A model generated the notes under the pieces. The model did no database searches, was not told the DNA's origin, and saw only the letters and a list, made by a program, of their open reading frames with translations. Position numbers and translations under genes: made by a program. Below are positions 11,850 through 24,960 of a stretch of 64,000 nt of DNA, in pieces. Within the stretch, counting starts at the first letter, position 1; every line of letters begins with the position of its first letter. Source of the stretch: Camelus dromedarius (lineage: Eukaryota); assembly GCF_036321535.1 (NCBI RefSeq), contig NC_087436.1, positions 82,214,001-82,278,000 on the forward strand, given 5' to 3'.

Positions 11850-14800
11850 AGGAAGACAGTGTTTGTGAAACCCCCAAATCAGTGACTGGCATATAGTAAA
11901 TATTTAATAAATAGCTTCTGTATCACATCATTATCATACTTATTTTAATACTGTCTAAATGTGTAAGTGAATGTAGATTCATCTCTTTGCCTTGGCATAG
12001 AATCTGAAATTTGTTTAGTTGAAAAGTTTTTAATGTTAAGGCTTTACAGAAATAGTAAGTGGGAAGTAGTGTTTCTGATGGATGACGCTGTGGAGTCAGA
12101 ATACCTGGGTTCATTTTCCTCCACCTTTAAGTGGGACAGTTCCACCTGAACCACAGGGCTGTTGTGAAAATGAAATGGGATATATCTACCTTGCATATAG
12201 TAGACTGGGATGTCCCACCTTTTCTTGACAATGCCTAGCAGTAAAAGCAGATTCACACTGTGGAAAATTTGTATATTACCCATCTTTTCAAGTTGTCTTT
12301 ATTGACTCTACAACTGTGTTTAGGAATCACCAGGGTCTTAAGAAGTATCTTAATGTTTTGGGTTGGTTTGACGGTATTTCTCAGTTGTTTTGGTGAAATA
12401 CTAAAATTCTGTGTCATGGTTTAATTTTATTCATGTTTAAAAATACGATGCTTTTTAAAATAAGAGACTTGAATAAATACTTTGTGCCACTAATAAACTG
12501 CTGAATACCTGCTATATTTTTGGGCTTCCAGAATTGTTCTAGTTGTTGTGAGAACTGTAGGGGGCTTTCAGTTGTATTTGGACATCACGAAACTTCTGGA
12601 AAATGATTATACTGAACTGCAGATCATACAGTGTTGATTTTGTGTTCTGGGTCACAGATCCAGTAAGGAAAGGCACGAGCAGACATATTTTCATGTAATT
12701 TGTGAAGGCTTCCAGAATCTGATACAGAGGATGGGCAACACTTACGTAAGCGAATAACGTAGGATGATTTTATAAGGTAGGGGACTCACCATAGCTTTAT
12801 TAAAAAACATCAACAAAATGCTTCAAGACGTTCATTTAGCATTTGGTTTAAATAATAGTGATTACTATATGAATTCCCAAAGAAGTATATGGGCACGTAT
12901 CTCTATTCTATGTTATCTCAATATGAGTTAGAAAAAATATATATATATACACACACTCGCTCATCAAACCCAGGATTTCATAAATATTGTTTCTTAGATG
13001 AGGCCAGGTAAACGACATGAGTTCATCATAAGGTGACTTAAAGAGAAGAGTACAGATAGTATTACAATATTGTATCACCATCAGGATGGTGTGGAAATGA
13101 CTGAAGTTTGGATAAAACTGTTTTAGACTATCCTTTGAGTCATGGAGGAAAGAATTACAAAGTTCAGTAAGAGATGGGACAATGCCATAGAATAAAAATA
13201 AGCTTGAGGCCTTGAGGTGACTTAAAACATTTCCTTGCCTTCATCAATGAAAGACCTTTTCATGCTTGAAAAACTCCTCAGTTCAGAACTGAATTTTGTT
13301 CATTATTTTCTTTCCCGCTTCCACCACCGCTCCATCCAAATGGTGCTTAATAAATGTTTCTGCTGCTGACAGCTGTTACTGCTGCTACCTCTGTGAATGC
13401 CAAATTGTAGCCATTTTTGAGTGAGGAATATCTTTCAGAAGGTTTTTATGATAATACTGTGTGGAATGTATTTCTGACTATGTCAGCAGGTTGTCCTGCA
13501 GGTTATTAGGTATGTAGGATTTGAAGGAGACTGGGGCTGGACTCTATTTGAACATTTTCAGAGATAAAAACAGGTACAGGGGCCATAGATTTTCAGAATA
13601 TTAGAATAAGGCAGAGCTGTCACTGAATAGTAATGAAGATATAGCTGTTTTTGATAAGAGTATTCCAACCTGTGTTTTATTTTCCTCGCTTGCAGACCTA
13701 ATAATTATTTATTGACTGGCACTGTGGGATAGATCATGGCATTCGTCCTTAAGAGCAGGTCTCAAGCCAGAAGCCTCAGAATGGAGAGACACTCAATAAT
13801 GCTCTAGTAGTTGGTTAATTAAACCCCAGGGTTTAGCTTTCTAGTGGCCCATCATTGCCTGGTAGACTCTGTAGTCAAGGAACAGTCATGGTGAAGGAAG
13901 GACAGTACTAAATGACCAGTCATTGCTTTCCCCTTTTGGGCCTGGAATTCATCTCAGGGGGAGCTTTCTTGTACTTTCTCCTTGTCCAGTAAATGGCTTG
14001 ATGTAAGGGTCTCCGGGAGGCAGTCTCAACCAAACCCTCAAGGCTTGTCAGCACTTGCCTGGTGGACAGCACCACAGCCCCTGCCCCCACTGTCCTCCTG
14101 GTCCCCGGGGCCCAGGATCCCAGCCTCTACACATCGTCATGTTTCTCCCAGATTGATTAATTCAGAATTTATTAGAAGCATATTGCAGACTCAGGTGTCT
14201 AGTGTGCAATGGCTTCTTCAGAGCTGGAGAAACTTTGTCTGTTTGAGGATAAATCAAGAGAGAGCGATACAAGCCATGATTGTACTACGTAGTTATTAAA
14301 ATATATAGAATTTGTTGTCATTCGTTCCCTTAGTATTTTCTTCCCATTTCTAGAGGAAGTTTTCCTAGATGTTCATTAAATAAAAGTTGTGTTTGTGTGA
14401 TGGGGTGGAGAAGTGGGAAGGTTTAGTAGAATGGAAGAAATGGGGGGAAAAGAGTGAGGCTTTTGTGTCATGGTAAGATTAATATTTGAATAAAAGTGAT
14501 GCCTGTGTTTTATTGAGAATGTACTGTGTACCAGGCACTGTGCTTAAGCTATTCCCATGCACTGAATTTAATAGTTGCCCCTGGCAAAGCCATGTCTGGA
14601 AGCTGGTGTGTCCAACTCAGAACCTTGTTCGTAAGCACTTCCCTGCAAGGCCAGAACCACTGAGGATGACTTGGAGGAATATCTGAGATTTTTGAGAATT
14701 CCCCAATTTGCAAAGTCTGCACAAATTTCTCCCATAAACTGCAATAAAAAACCTAGCTTCACAGGAATTACTGTGTATCTGGGCAAGTAGTGAGTGATGA

Positions 14801-17800
14801 GCTGTGGTGAGAAGTGGCTTCTAGTTGAATTCATGCTTGTGGCTAAGCAGGATTACACATCCAAGCATGTGATGGAATTTCAGGGCTGCTGTTAAATCCA
14901 GTTAGAGACCTTCGGGATGTATTTTTAGTGGCCACTAGTATCACCCAGTCTTTTCTGTCTCTGAACTCCAGGTAGAGACTTGATAAGAGCAACAGGTCAG
15001 CCTGCCCTTTGTTGCTTTAACTTGGTTCCTATAAAATGTTTTTGAAAACATGTGTTTCTAATATGTCAAAATTGGTTTGACCAAAAAGAAAATTGTAGCC
15101 TGATTTGTTTAAAGGAATAAAAATACCTACATGCCAAAGTTTGTATGTGCAGAGCATGGTCCAATTCTTAGTTGACTTCTATGCTTTTCAATACTCTGAC
15201 CTTTATTTCCTGTCTATGTGCTAGTTAAAAATAAAACTATATGCAGAACATATATACTACCTGTAAAAGTTTTATTTTTATTAGATTTTTTCTTATGTAT
15301 AAAATTACAGTTTTATGATCTACTTTTAGTGTTAATGAGTAACCTCAGTAAAATGCTAAGATGACTGTGTTGAGGGATGCATTAAAAACTTAAGAAACTT
15401 AAGATCATTTGTTTTGAAATTCATAATGTTGGAATTAAGTGAATTTTGTTCTCTAGACTTCTTATATCCCTTTGCCATTGATCTGTGTCTCTGTGTGTGT
15501 ACATCTGTCTTTGTATTTTTGTTTATGAGGTCGGGCTATAATGTGAGCTGAAAATGACCCTACCTACTCCATGAATAAATTTCCTTTATGTCTTATTTTG
15601 CTAACAGATATTTACATATAATACCTGGTGATAGAAATAAGTATATAGAAAATTTCGAACTGAAGGAGATTCTTAGTTCAGACCCAGGTGTCATTGTGCA
15701 AGCACTACTTATTAGGAGCAGTTTAATAGGAACTCCTTCTGGGCTTAAATATTTTGAATCCTGTAGATTTTTGTGTCAACCATTGAAGCTAAGTGAAGAT
15801 TAAACCATCTGAGGGGCTTTCCTCATCCTTGGATCTGTGGGCAGATGGGAGGAGTGGAGGACTGCCCATTTCTTAAAGCTATACGTGTTTTTTAAACTCT
15901 GAGCATGGTGCTTTGCACAAGTCAAAACTGCCAAAGGGACAGATGTTGCCAATTTCAAATGTACAGGGGGAAGGCAAATATTGCTAAGCAACGGTGTACT
16001 TGAGAGAGCATTTTTAGGAGCAGAGCCAGGGGAGTTGTGCCTGGGAGCACTGGCTGCTGCTTATGGCTCAGTACGAGGGAAGAGATTAAAAGTTCTTTCC
16101 TGTCAGGGCCGCCATTGCAGCTGCCAGCACAAAAGACAGTGACCTAGTGGCACCGATTAGGGCTGGCAAAGGGATGTATGGAAACAGGAAAGCTCTTTTG
16201 CCATGTAGGAAGGCAGTAAGACATGTTCACGGAGGTAAGTGCCCCAGTGTGCAGCTGCCCCACAGTAAGTGCGAGCCTGAGGTCCTAGGCGAGTGAGGCC
16301 TCAAAGAAAAACCTCTCTCTCCCATTCCCTCTCTGTGCCCCCTTTTTATCTCCCTCTTCCCTTTCGTCCCTTCCTCTCTTTCCTCCGTCCTCCCTTCCCT
16401 CCTTTTCTCCTCTTTTGCCTCCTCTATTAGGGGCTAACATCAAAGAAGAGAAGGATCCGAAAAACCTCTGTAGCTCAGTGCTGCTGGGAGTCTGACCTTA
16501 CAAACCAGGTAAATAAGCTTCCCAGCCGCAGGCATTCAGCCCCTCCCATGTCCCCTCCCTTGGTGTACACTTGATAGGTAACAGACAGGTGGTGTGGGTG
16601 GCTTTTTTTTTTTCCCCTTTTGGGGCCACTAGAGACTTGGAATACCTCTTGAGATTTGCATGGTTGTTGGTTTGGATTGTGGATTTTCCTCTCTCTCCCT
16701 CTCTCCCTCTTGCTAATGAATTAATGGCATAAGAGCAGAGAAAGTATAATGTTAGAGTTTTGCATCCGGACTAAATCACAGCATATTTTTGGCAGTGCAT
16801 TTTAAAGAAATTAAAAACATTTTAAAATACACAGTTCCTTACCACTCAGATATTTGGTTCCTCTTTCAAACTCTGGTCTTGAACTTCTGGATCACTTGGC
16901 AAATGTTGGTTTCTTTTGTCTTCCTAAAGGAAAGGTACAAATTGAAGCTATTGGCACCCTAAAGGTTTAATTATGTGTGTATACATGTGTGCACTCCTCC
17001 CCCTCCCCGTTCCTCCTTGGCTTTTATTGCTTTGTTTTTCAGCAGACAAATGAAATTCAAGTCAAATGTGAAATATTGTAGCGCTCTTACCCAAGTTTTA
17101 ACATACAAGTGGTGGTGTTGATTTCTAGTAGTCTAGGAATATTCAGAAGTAATCTTGCTTCAGTGCAAGCAGGTATAGTAGATAAATTCTAATGTTCGTG
17201 TAGCTTTATGGTTCTCATTAGTTTATTCAGCATAGTTTGTGCTCACATAGTCTGTATCTATCTGAGTTGTAAATAGATGTGATGAAATTAGAGAAGATGA
17301 CAGTGTTTTCATTTCCACCCTCCTCCTACCCCCAGAAGTAGAATTTGTTTACTTTAAGGTTAAACAGTAATGAATCTTCCATCCACTGCAAGAGAGCTCA
17401 GAAATTGGGCAGAAATAATGAGGAAGCAGGGAGAAACCCTCAAGTTATTATAGTGCAAATACTCCATTCATTGATTTGAATTTAGATTATGCTTTTTGGC
17501 TTTTTAAAAGTAAGAACTGTGTTGTAAAATGAGTTTGAGGATCTGTTACCCTCAGACTTAGGAAGCAATAGAGTTTTTTAGTGACTTACATCCCTCACAA
17601 GTGTTTTTTTTTTTTTTTTGTTTAAAGACCGTATTCTAGTTAAGTCCAGAAGAAACTGGTTTATTTGTCCTACAAAAACTTTGGAGAGAAAGTTATTAAG
17701 AAAATAACCTTTTAACATTGGGAGGCCTCTTGAAACTTTCACCTAAAAGAGAGTACAGCAGGTAAGACTTACCTGCTAGGAGCCAATCTAAAACTTTCAG

Positions 17801-18465
17801 GTTCATTTAATGCTGCTTGATAGACAACATTATTGTGGCGATGTTCATAATACTGCTTATTTTTACAGAGGATTTGGCTGTATACTAATTAAAGAACTTC
17901 AAGTTGGAAGGATCTTTTCTTTTTTCTTTAGTTTTCTTTCGTTTCGTTTCATTTCCTTTCCTTTTCTTTCTCTCTTTCCTGTTCTTTTCTTTCTTTCCTT
18001 CCTTCCTTGTCAACCCCCACCCACCCCCCAAATGGGAACGTTGTTATGATAAGGTGAGGAAGAGTGAAGGAGGCTCCCAGAGCCTTTCCCCCAGCAGGGC
18101 TGTGTGCCAGGTATATGGAGTAGTCGGGGCCACAGGTGGATTTATGTACAACTGAGATGTAATTTACCTCTGCTGGACTGACCCTCCCATCTTTTCAAGG
18201 CAATTTTAATAGGAAGTTGATTTTGTCATTCCTGTTAGAATGATGATCTATTCTTCATATTACCTCTTCTCTGGCACCTAGATGCTGCATTCTAGAAAGT
18301 TTAGAAAGGAAGGGAGAAAACAGGAATGACAGTAAATGTGAGAATATTGGGAGGTAGGGCAGATGTGGCTGAGTTACACTGTGCCTGAGGACACTCAGAA
18401 AGTTGGAGTCTTGGGTCAAGGGCTCTGGATTAAAGTCAAAAGAGTACTTTTAAAACTTCATTGCA

Positions 18466-18564
18466 AGGCTGGAGAAGGTATAGCTAAAAGTGGTGGAGTG
18501 CATGCTTAAAAAAAAAGTAAATAAATAAATAAACCTAATTGCTACCCACTCCCCAAAGAAAAAC
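18466..18564 (+). mobile_element. vic-1-like SINE, internally deleted (B box missing)
   Basis: ggagaaggtatagctaaaagtggtggagtgcatgctta jumps to A-run/(TAAA)n/aaacctaatt; near-identical flanks aaact(t/a)cattgca at about 18453-18465 and 18565-18577. Confidence 0.8.
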
Positions 18565-20910
18565 AAACTACATTGCATGTATGTGACCATGTGAGGGATG
18601 TCAGAGAGTCAGAAGGACAGAGAAATATATTGAGATGGAGAAAGATGTGCAGAGCCACTGCTTCATCTTTTCAAAATGGGCGTAAACGTATTACTTGCTA
18701 CTGTAACTTTCAGAATTGTGGTCTGATGTGCTTTATACTTAAAATACTTTTAAATTCAGCAGGTATTAGACTACATTTATTTTACAAAGAAAATTTTCTC
18801 CTTGGCACATATTAAATGCCTATTTAAAATAAGTTCTAAATACCTATTTAAAATAAGTTTTAGAATAATTATGTATATTTATCTAGCTTGGCTCTTGAAT
18901 TTATTAAAAAAAAAAGAAATACTGGCACTTGTTTGTTCAAAATTTTATTAAACATATTTTCACTTTTGCCAGTTCAGTAAATCACTTTATGAGATGAACT
19001 TTGCTGGAAGGCTCATGCAATTTGTACTTTCAGACCAAACTTATAATGCCGGAAAAGATTATTAAATCTACCTGAGATTCAGTGGAATTTGTAAACTTTT
19101 CTTTTTTTCTCTAAGAAGAATCTAGTTTTAAATAAGTTATAGAAAAGCAAAGTAGTCTGTTAAACTTAGGTGCTTTTTGATAATAGGATTAAGTAAGTGA
19201 TATATGATCATCATAATGTTATAATATTAAGTGAATTATACTTTCTCAAATGATCTTTGGGCTTTTTTTTAGACCCTGACCTGTTACTCAATATTAAAGA
19301 CCAAAAATAAAAGGAATTTACTTGTTCAGAATTAAGATTCAAAGGGCAGGGCCATCTTTATTTGCCTTCTCTCCTCTGTGTTTTATTATAGTATCAATAA
19401 TCCCCAAGGTAGTTTGAAGCTGAGGTTGTTTCCTCAGAGTGTGTGTGCCACTAGTCTACTGCTTCAGTAGTTTTCTTTCCCTTTTTTTCCCTTGGGTTCT
19501 GTTTTTTGTTTTTAAAAACTGTGATGCCAGGAGACAAGACAGGCAACACCTAGCCCAGGGGGGACTGTTGAGATTACCGCTGGTACAAACCCAGGATAAA
19601 AATCTTTATGTCCTTTCAGACAAAGCGTGGATTAAATGGTTTATCTTATTCATATGACTTCAGTTTCTTTCAACCTCATCCAGAAACTGATGGAAAGTTT
19701 TTTTTTTTTTTTCTGGTGCCGCTGTAGTCTGCGCTTATGCCTAACTATAAAAAAATGCCCATGCATCCTGTGAAACACAGAATTAGACATGTTTCTGGAA
19801 CATTGTTTGCCACTTACATTTGATAGACATGTACACTCAAAAGTAGCAGGTTTATGCATCTGTAAATCCTGTTGTGGTTGACAAAGTAATTTAGTGGTGT
19901 TGTTTTAGACTTAGAACCATCACTTAATATGATTTGTGAGAGAGCACTCTGTGTGTGTGTGTGTGTGAAGGGCAGGGTGGGCATGGAGTAAGCATGGTCA
20001 CAAAACATCACACTTTGGTTTAACACCCTCCCTGTAGTGTTATATTTCAATCAAAAGACTACTTGCCTTGTAAATTAATGTATCCACTCAAAATAAAAAT
20101 TAAATCCCTCTTTTAAAAAACCTGAAGGTTGTTTTAGTGAGTAGAGCTGGTTGTGGAAGGGGAGTTAGATCGTACAGTTTGGATAACTGTAATAACTTGT
20201 CAGTTTATTATCACTGAAATAGAACCAGTGTCTAGACTTGTTCTTTGTCTTGCCTATTTCTTTCTTTTTAAAGCAGTGCCTTTTAAGCCAGTCTTACTAA
20301 ATCATTCATGGTTGCTACACCCACAATGGGCTTCATGGGGTCTCATGTGATCTTCCATCAAAGGCACAGTGTTTTCAAGTCTTAGACTTTTGGGGATTTC
20401 TGATTCCTTATTACATGGTGAATGGTAATGGTTCACAGTCAAAAGTTAGAAAGTTGATGAATAACACATTAGACATATTTACTGTCAAACAATGCTAAGT
20501 TTTCTACATTTGTTTTTCATCCAGGTGCTTTGTTTTTAAGTCTGTTTAAACCTATCTCTGGTATACTCCACCCCTTGTAACTTTTACACCGAGAAGCTAG
20601 TTGACATATTGTCATACTGAAGACATTTCTGCATGTAATGCAGCAACATAAATAGCATTTTTTAAAAAATAAAATGTTTCTGTGACTCTACAGAAACCTT
20701 GCAAATATATTAAAATTTATGCACTCAGGTGATCTCAGTTAAAAAAACCAATGCTTTTATTACTCCCCTCACATTTATTTGTATATTTAAATAAAGTAAG
20801 TGTTTATAATTATATATGTGCAGAATAGCTACTCACTGTTCTTATTTTTATTTATTTAAATGAGATCTTAAGAACTAGATCCTAGGTTTCATAATTTAAA
20901 GATGCCCCTC

Positions 20911-21506
20911 TTTTTTCTTTCGTTTTTTTTTTTTTATTGAAGTATAGTCAGTTTACAGTGTTGTGTCAGTTTCTGGTGAACAGTATAATGTTTCAGTCAT
21001 CCATTTACATACATATGTTCCTTTTCAAATTCTTTTTCATTATAGGTTACTGTAAGATATTAAATGTAGTTCCCTGTGCTATACAGTAGAAACTTGTTTT
21101 ATCTTTTTATATAAAGTAGTTAATATTTGCAAATCTCAAACTCCCTAATTTATCCCTTCCCACCGGTAGCCATAAGATTGTTTACTATGTCTGCGAGTCC
21201 ATTTCTGTTTTGTAGATGAGTTCATTAGTGTCTTTTTTCTTTTTTTTAAAGATTCCACTTATGAGTGATATCATATAGTATTTTTCTTTCTCTTTCTGGC
21301 TTACTTAGAATGATGATCTCCAGGTCCATACATGTTGCTGCAAATGGCATTATTTTATTGTTTTTTTTTTTTATGGCTAATTAGTATTCTGTTGTATATA
21401 TACCACATCTTTTTTATCTATTCATCTTTCTATGGACATTTAGTTTTGTTTCCATGTCTTGGTTATTGTAAATAGTGCTGCTGTGAACATTGAGGTGCAT
21501 GTATAT
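20911..21506 (-). mobile_element. 5'-truncated L1 3' end
   Basis: Poly-T then attgaagtatagtcagtttacagtg..., homologous to 6205-6800; degenerate TSD aagatgcc at about 20899 and 21507. Confidence 0.9.
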
Positions 21507-24039
21507 AAGATGCCTTATTTTAATGGCGATCAAAGCAGAATTTCTAGAATAGTTCAAGTAGTTTAGTTAATACACATTATGAACTTTTATAAAGTTCATA
21601 TACTTTAGAAAAATTAATTCTTTATGACACTAAAGCAAATTGCTTCACTGGTAAAAATCACAGTGACCGGGAAGGAGCAATAAATTCTCTAGTTACTTGT
21701 ATTGATCTTTAAAAGTACCTGTAGTTCAAAATACTTCTTCCTGTAAGGTTTTATGAGTTTCAGTAATGATATTTAGGGGCTTTTTTCTCTTTCCATTTTT
21801 AAGTCTATTTTTGCTTTAGCTGATGAAGGACAGACCAAGAGATAACATATTTTGCCTATAAAGGAGTGATTTGCCTAAAGGTGAACTTAAAAAAAATTAG
21901 GAATATTAGTTTTCATTTAATAAGTGAATGGGGGTGCCAGCACATCTTCTAAGTTTCCAACACTCTTTCTTCATTTATCCTGGAATATTTCTTGATGTCC
22001 TGTCTCAAGGAGACATACCTTTCCTTTACCCCACCCAAGCATGCCCAGTGTACCCCTCCCCCAACAATCATGACTTCATGCTACTGTCACATCAGAAACT
22101 TCGCTCTTTGAGAAACTCACATCCCTAAATTGCACTTTAGGCAGCAGCTTCTTAGGTTAAAAAAAATCTGATTAGATTGGTGGTAGTGATAGAATTTCCC
22201 TTTTTATTTTTAGGTTGAGGATTTCTGTATCTTAAAAAACCACATTGTTCTGTGAAGTTGCCTGGAGTTTTGCAAATTTGAGGAGACATATAGTGCTTCC
22301 AATATATAGGGGGGAAAATGGAGAATTCACTATAAAATATTCCATAATTACTTTTTGGCCTTCTCGTGTTTGTAAATTTTGTTGGAGATGCCATGAAATG
22401 GCAAAATCAAATTCATTCATTTCACAGATGCGGCTTGTGTATTATGTGTGTTAGTCCAGAATTATGCTAAGGCCCTGGGAGATGTAGAGAGGAATAAAAC
22501 CAGGCCCTGCTTTGGGGAAGCTAGTCTGGGAGAGACAGATTAGAACACTGTGGGTTACCATTCGGGGTTGAAGGTGGGGAGACAGTCAAGACTTGCAGGA
22601 AGGGGCCGCCGGTATTTGTGACACCCCTGTTTCCACACTGCTCCCTGTCTTCCAGATCCTTCAGTACGAGTAGAATTTGGTCTTTCCACAGTAAATTTTT
22701 GTTGGATGATAGCGGTAGGTGACCTATACAGTCCTCTTAATTTAAAGTAATCTTGTCCTTTACAATCTCTTTCCTATTCTCCTTGAAACATTTCTTTGGA
22801 GAACTATAGAGATTTCTGCAGTTAGTGTAACATTAATTGTGGTAGCCTTCATGCCTGGCAGACCAGTTTGGCAGTAAAAAGAGGCTTCTATGGAGCATGT
22901 GAGTAATTCTTTGCTACGTATTGGAGTGTATCACTTAAAAAGGAAAAAAAACTACCCAAAACCTTGCTGTTATTTGAGAATACCTGGGGAGAGGTAGAGG
23001 GTGTTTAATTTTTTGAAGGGAGAGTTTGACAGCTAAAACTGGTTTGCAGTCTACATTATACTACTGTTCATCTTTAGGAAGACTGTTAAGGGTATCTTAT
23101 TCTGTTTTCTGTCCCATTATTCTTTCTTCCATATTAACAATCTATAGTTTTCTTTCTTTTTTTTTTCTCTTTGTGCTATGTGTGTCTATAAATCTGTCCA
23201 GGGATTTAAAAAATTCTCACCTAAAATCCTGGGTGTGGAAGTAGGTGTTTAGGTAGTTGCCCAAAGGACACGACACTTCTGAAGTAATACTGCTCGCAGC
23301 TTGTGCCTTTTGCAGCCCAAGGAGGCACACCCAGGCAGTATAGTATGCGCGAGTTCTTCGAATAGGCCTGGGTATTTAGGTAATTTATTTTGTATTGAGA
23401 ATAAAATTAATTTTATGTCAAAACCTTGCTCAGGCAGGCCTTTTGGTTTCCTCCTCTAATCCATGTCTGGGAAATGCTGATTATGGCGTCTTCTAGATAA
23501 ATGCTGGATTTCTTTGTGCGGCATTAGCTTTAATGTGCGTTGTCTTATTTCTTCCTCAACAATCCTGTGAAGCTTTGTGTATTTCAAATGTGTCCTGCAT
23601 TTAGGTATGATACTTAGGTATGACCTATTTTTTTTTAAAAGGGAGACCTCCTGCACCGCCACCACGCCTCTCTGTCAAGGACTTTCTAGTACCTAGTTTG
23701 GGAAACGAGAATGAACTAGCCAGCAAATCCTGGGCCAGACCTTGACAGCAAGTCCTAGGTTTCCCCAGGAGCATGTCACAGGAAGGTGCCTGTAAATCTG
23801 GAACATTTTAGTGTGCAGAGTGCTCCATGGGGCGAGCCCAGAGCACCGGGGAGGAAGCTGGGGGCAGATGCATATGGATGTGTGTTTGGAAGAAGGAAAG
23901 TTGTGTAGAGGAAGGCTGACCGAAGGTAAATAGCAATGTGGCAGAAGACCTTTGGCTATACTTTGAGTAAAAAATTTTATCCCTATTTTTTAAACCTCAG
24001 TCTAATTTTTGTGCTTTTATGAATAGATAATAGATTTCG

Positions 24040-24960
24040 TAATGCAGAATTTAAAAGGGGAAAAGATACACAGTGAAAATTTTCTCATTACTCTAACCCA
24101 CCAGCCACTTAGTTTTCGTTTCTAGAAGTAATTGATGTTACAGGTTTCTTGCCTTATTCCCAGTGGTATTTTATGCATCATTAACTCGACAACCATGTGC
24201 TTTTCTGACATCACCTTTTCATTTATCCACATCCTGGCATATACTGCACCTGGTTTTTCCTCCCTTCCCCTTAACAGTGTATCTTGGAGATTACCCAGAT
24301 CAGTGTGAGAAGAGCACCCTCATTCTTTGTCAGGCTGCGTAGTAGTACTTTTTCTTTTTTAAACATTTTTTATTGATTTATAATCATTTTACAGTGTTGT
24401 GTCAAATTTCAGTGTAGAGCACAATTTTTCAGTTATACATGAACATATATATAATTCATTGTCACTTTTTTTTCCTCTGTGAGCTGCCATAAGATCTTGT
24501 ATGTATTTCCCTGTGCTATACAGTATAATCTTGTTTATTCTACATTTTGAAATCCCAGTCTATCCTTCCCACCCGCCGGTAGTAGTTCTGTTTAAGGGGT
24601 GTGCATCAGTTTTCTTAGCCAGTTACCTCCAGGTAGGCATTTAGATTTTTTCCAATATCTTACTACTTAACTTGCAAACTAGGCTGGAGTGAATCGCTTT
24701 GTGCATATGTCTTTTTGTACACGTAGGAGTAATTGGTGCTAGAGGTCAAGTGGCCGGGTCAGAGTATGAGAAGCTAGAATTTGGTGACTCTTGTCAGATT
24801 GTTGTCTCCAGAGGTTGTACTGCTGTGTCCTTCCGCCAACCACGGTATTTGAGCGCCAGGTTTCCCACATCTATCTCATACACGCAGTATTGTCAGTCTT
24901 TCTTTTTTTGTCTTGCCAATCTGATATGTGAAAAATAGGTGCTAAGAATAGTCTTAATGT
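24040..24960 (-). mobile_element. Old L1M-type fragment interrupted by a younger L1 3' tail (about 24352-24578)
   Basis: Inner segment is near-identical to 88-330; flanked by gtagtagt at 24339-24346 and 24579-24586; outer sequence resembles a decayed L1 ORF2 end/3'UTR. Confidence 0.75.
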
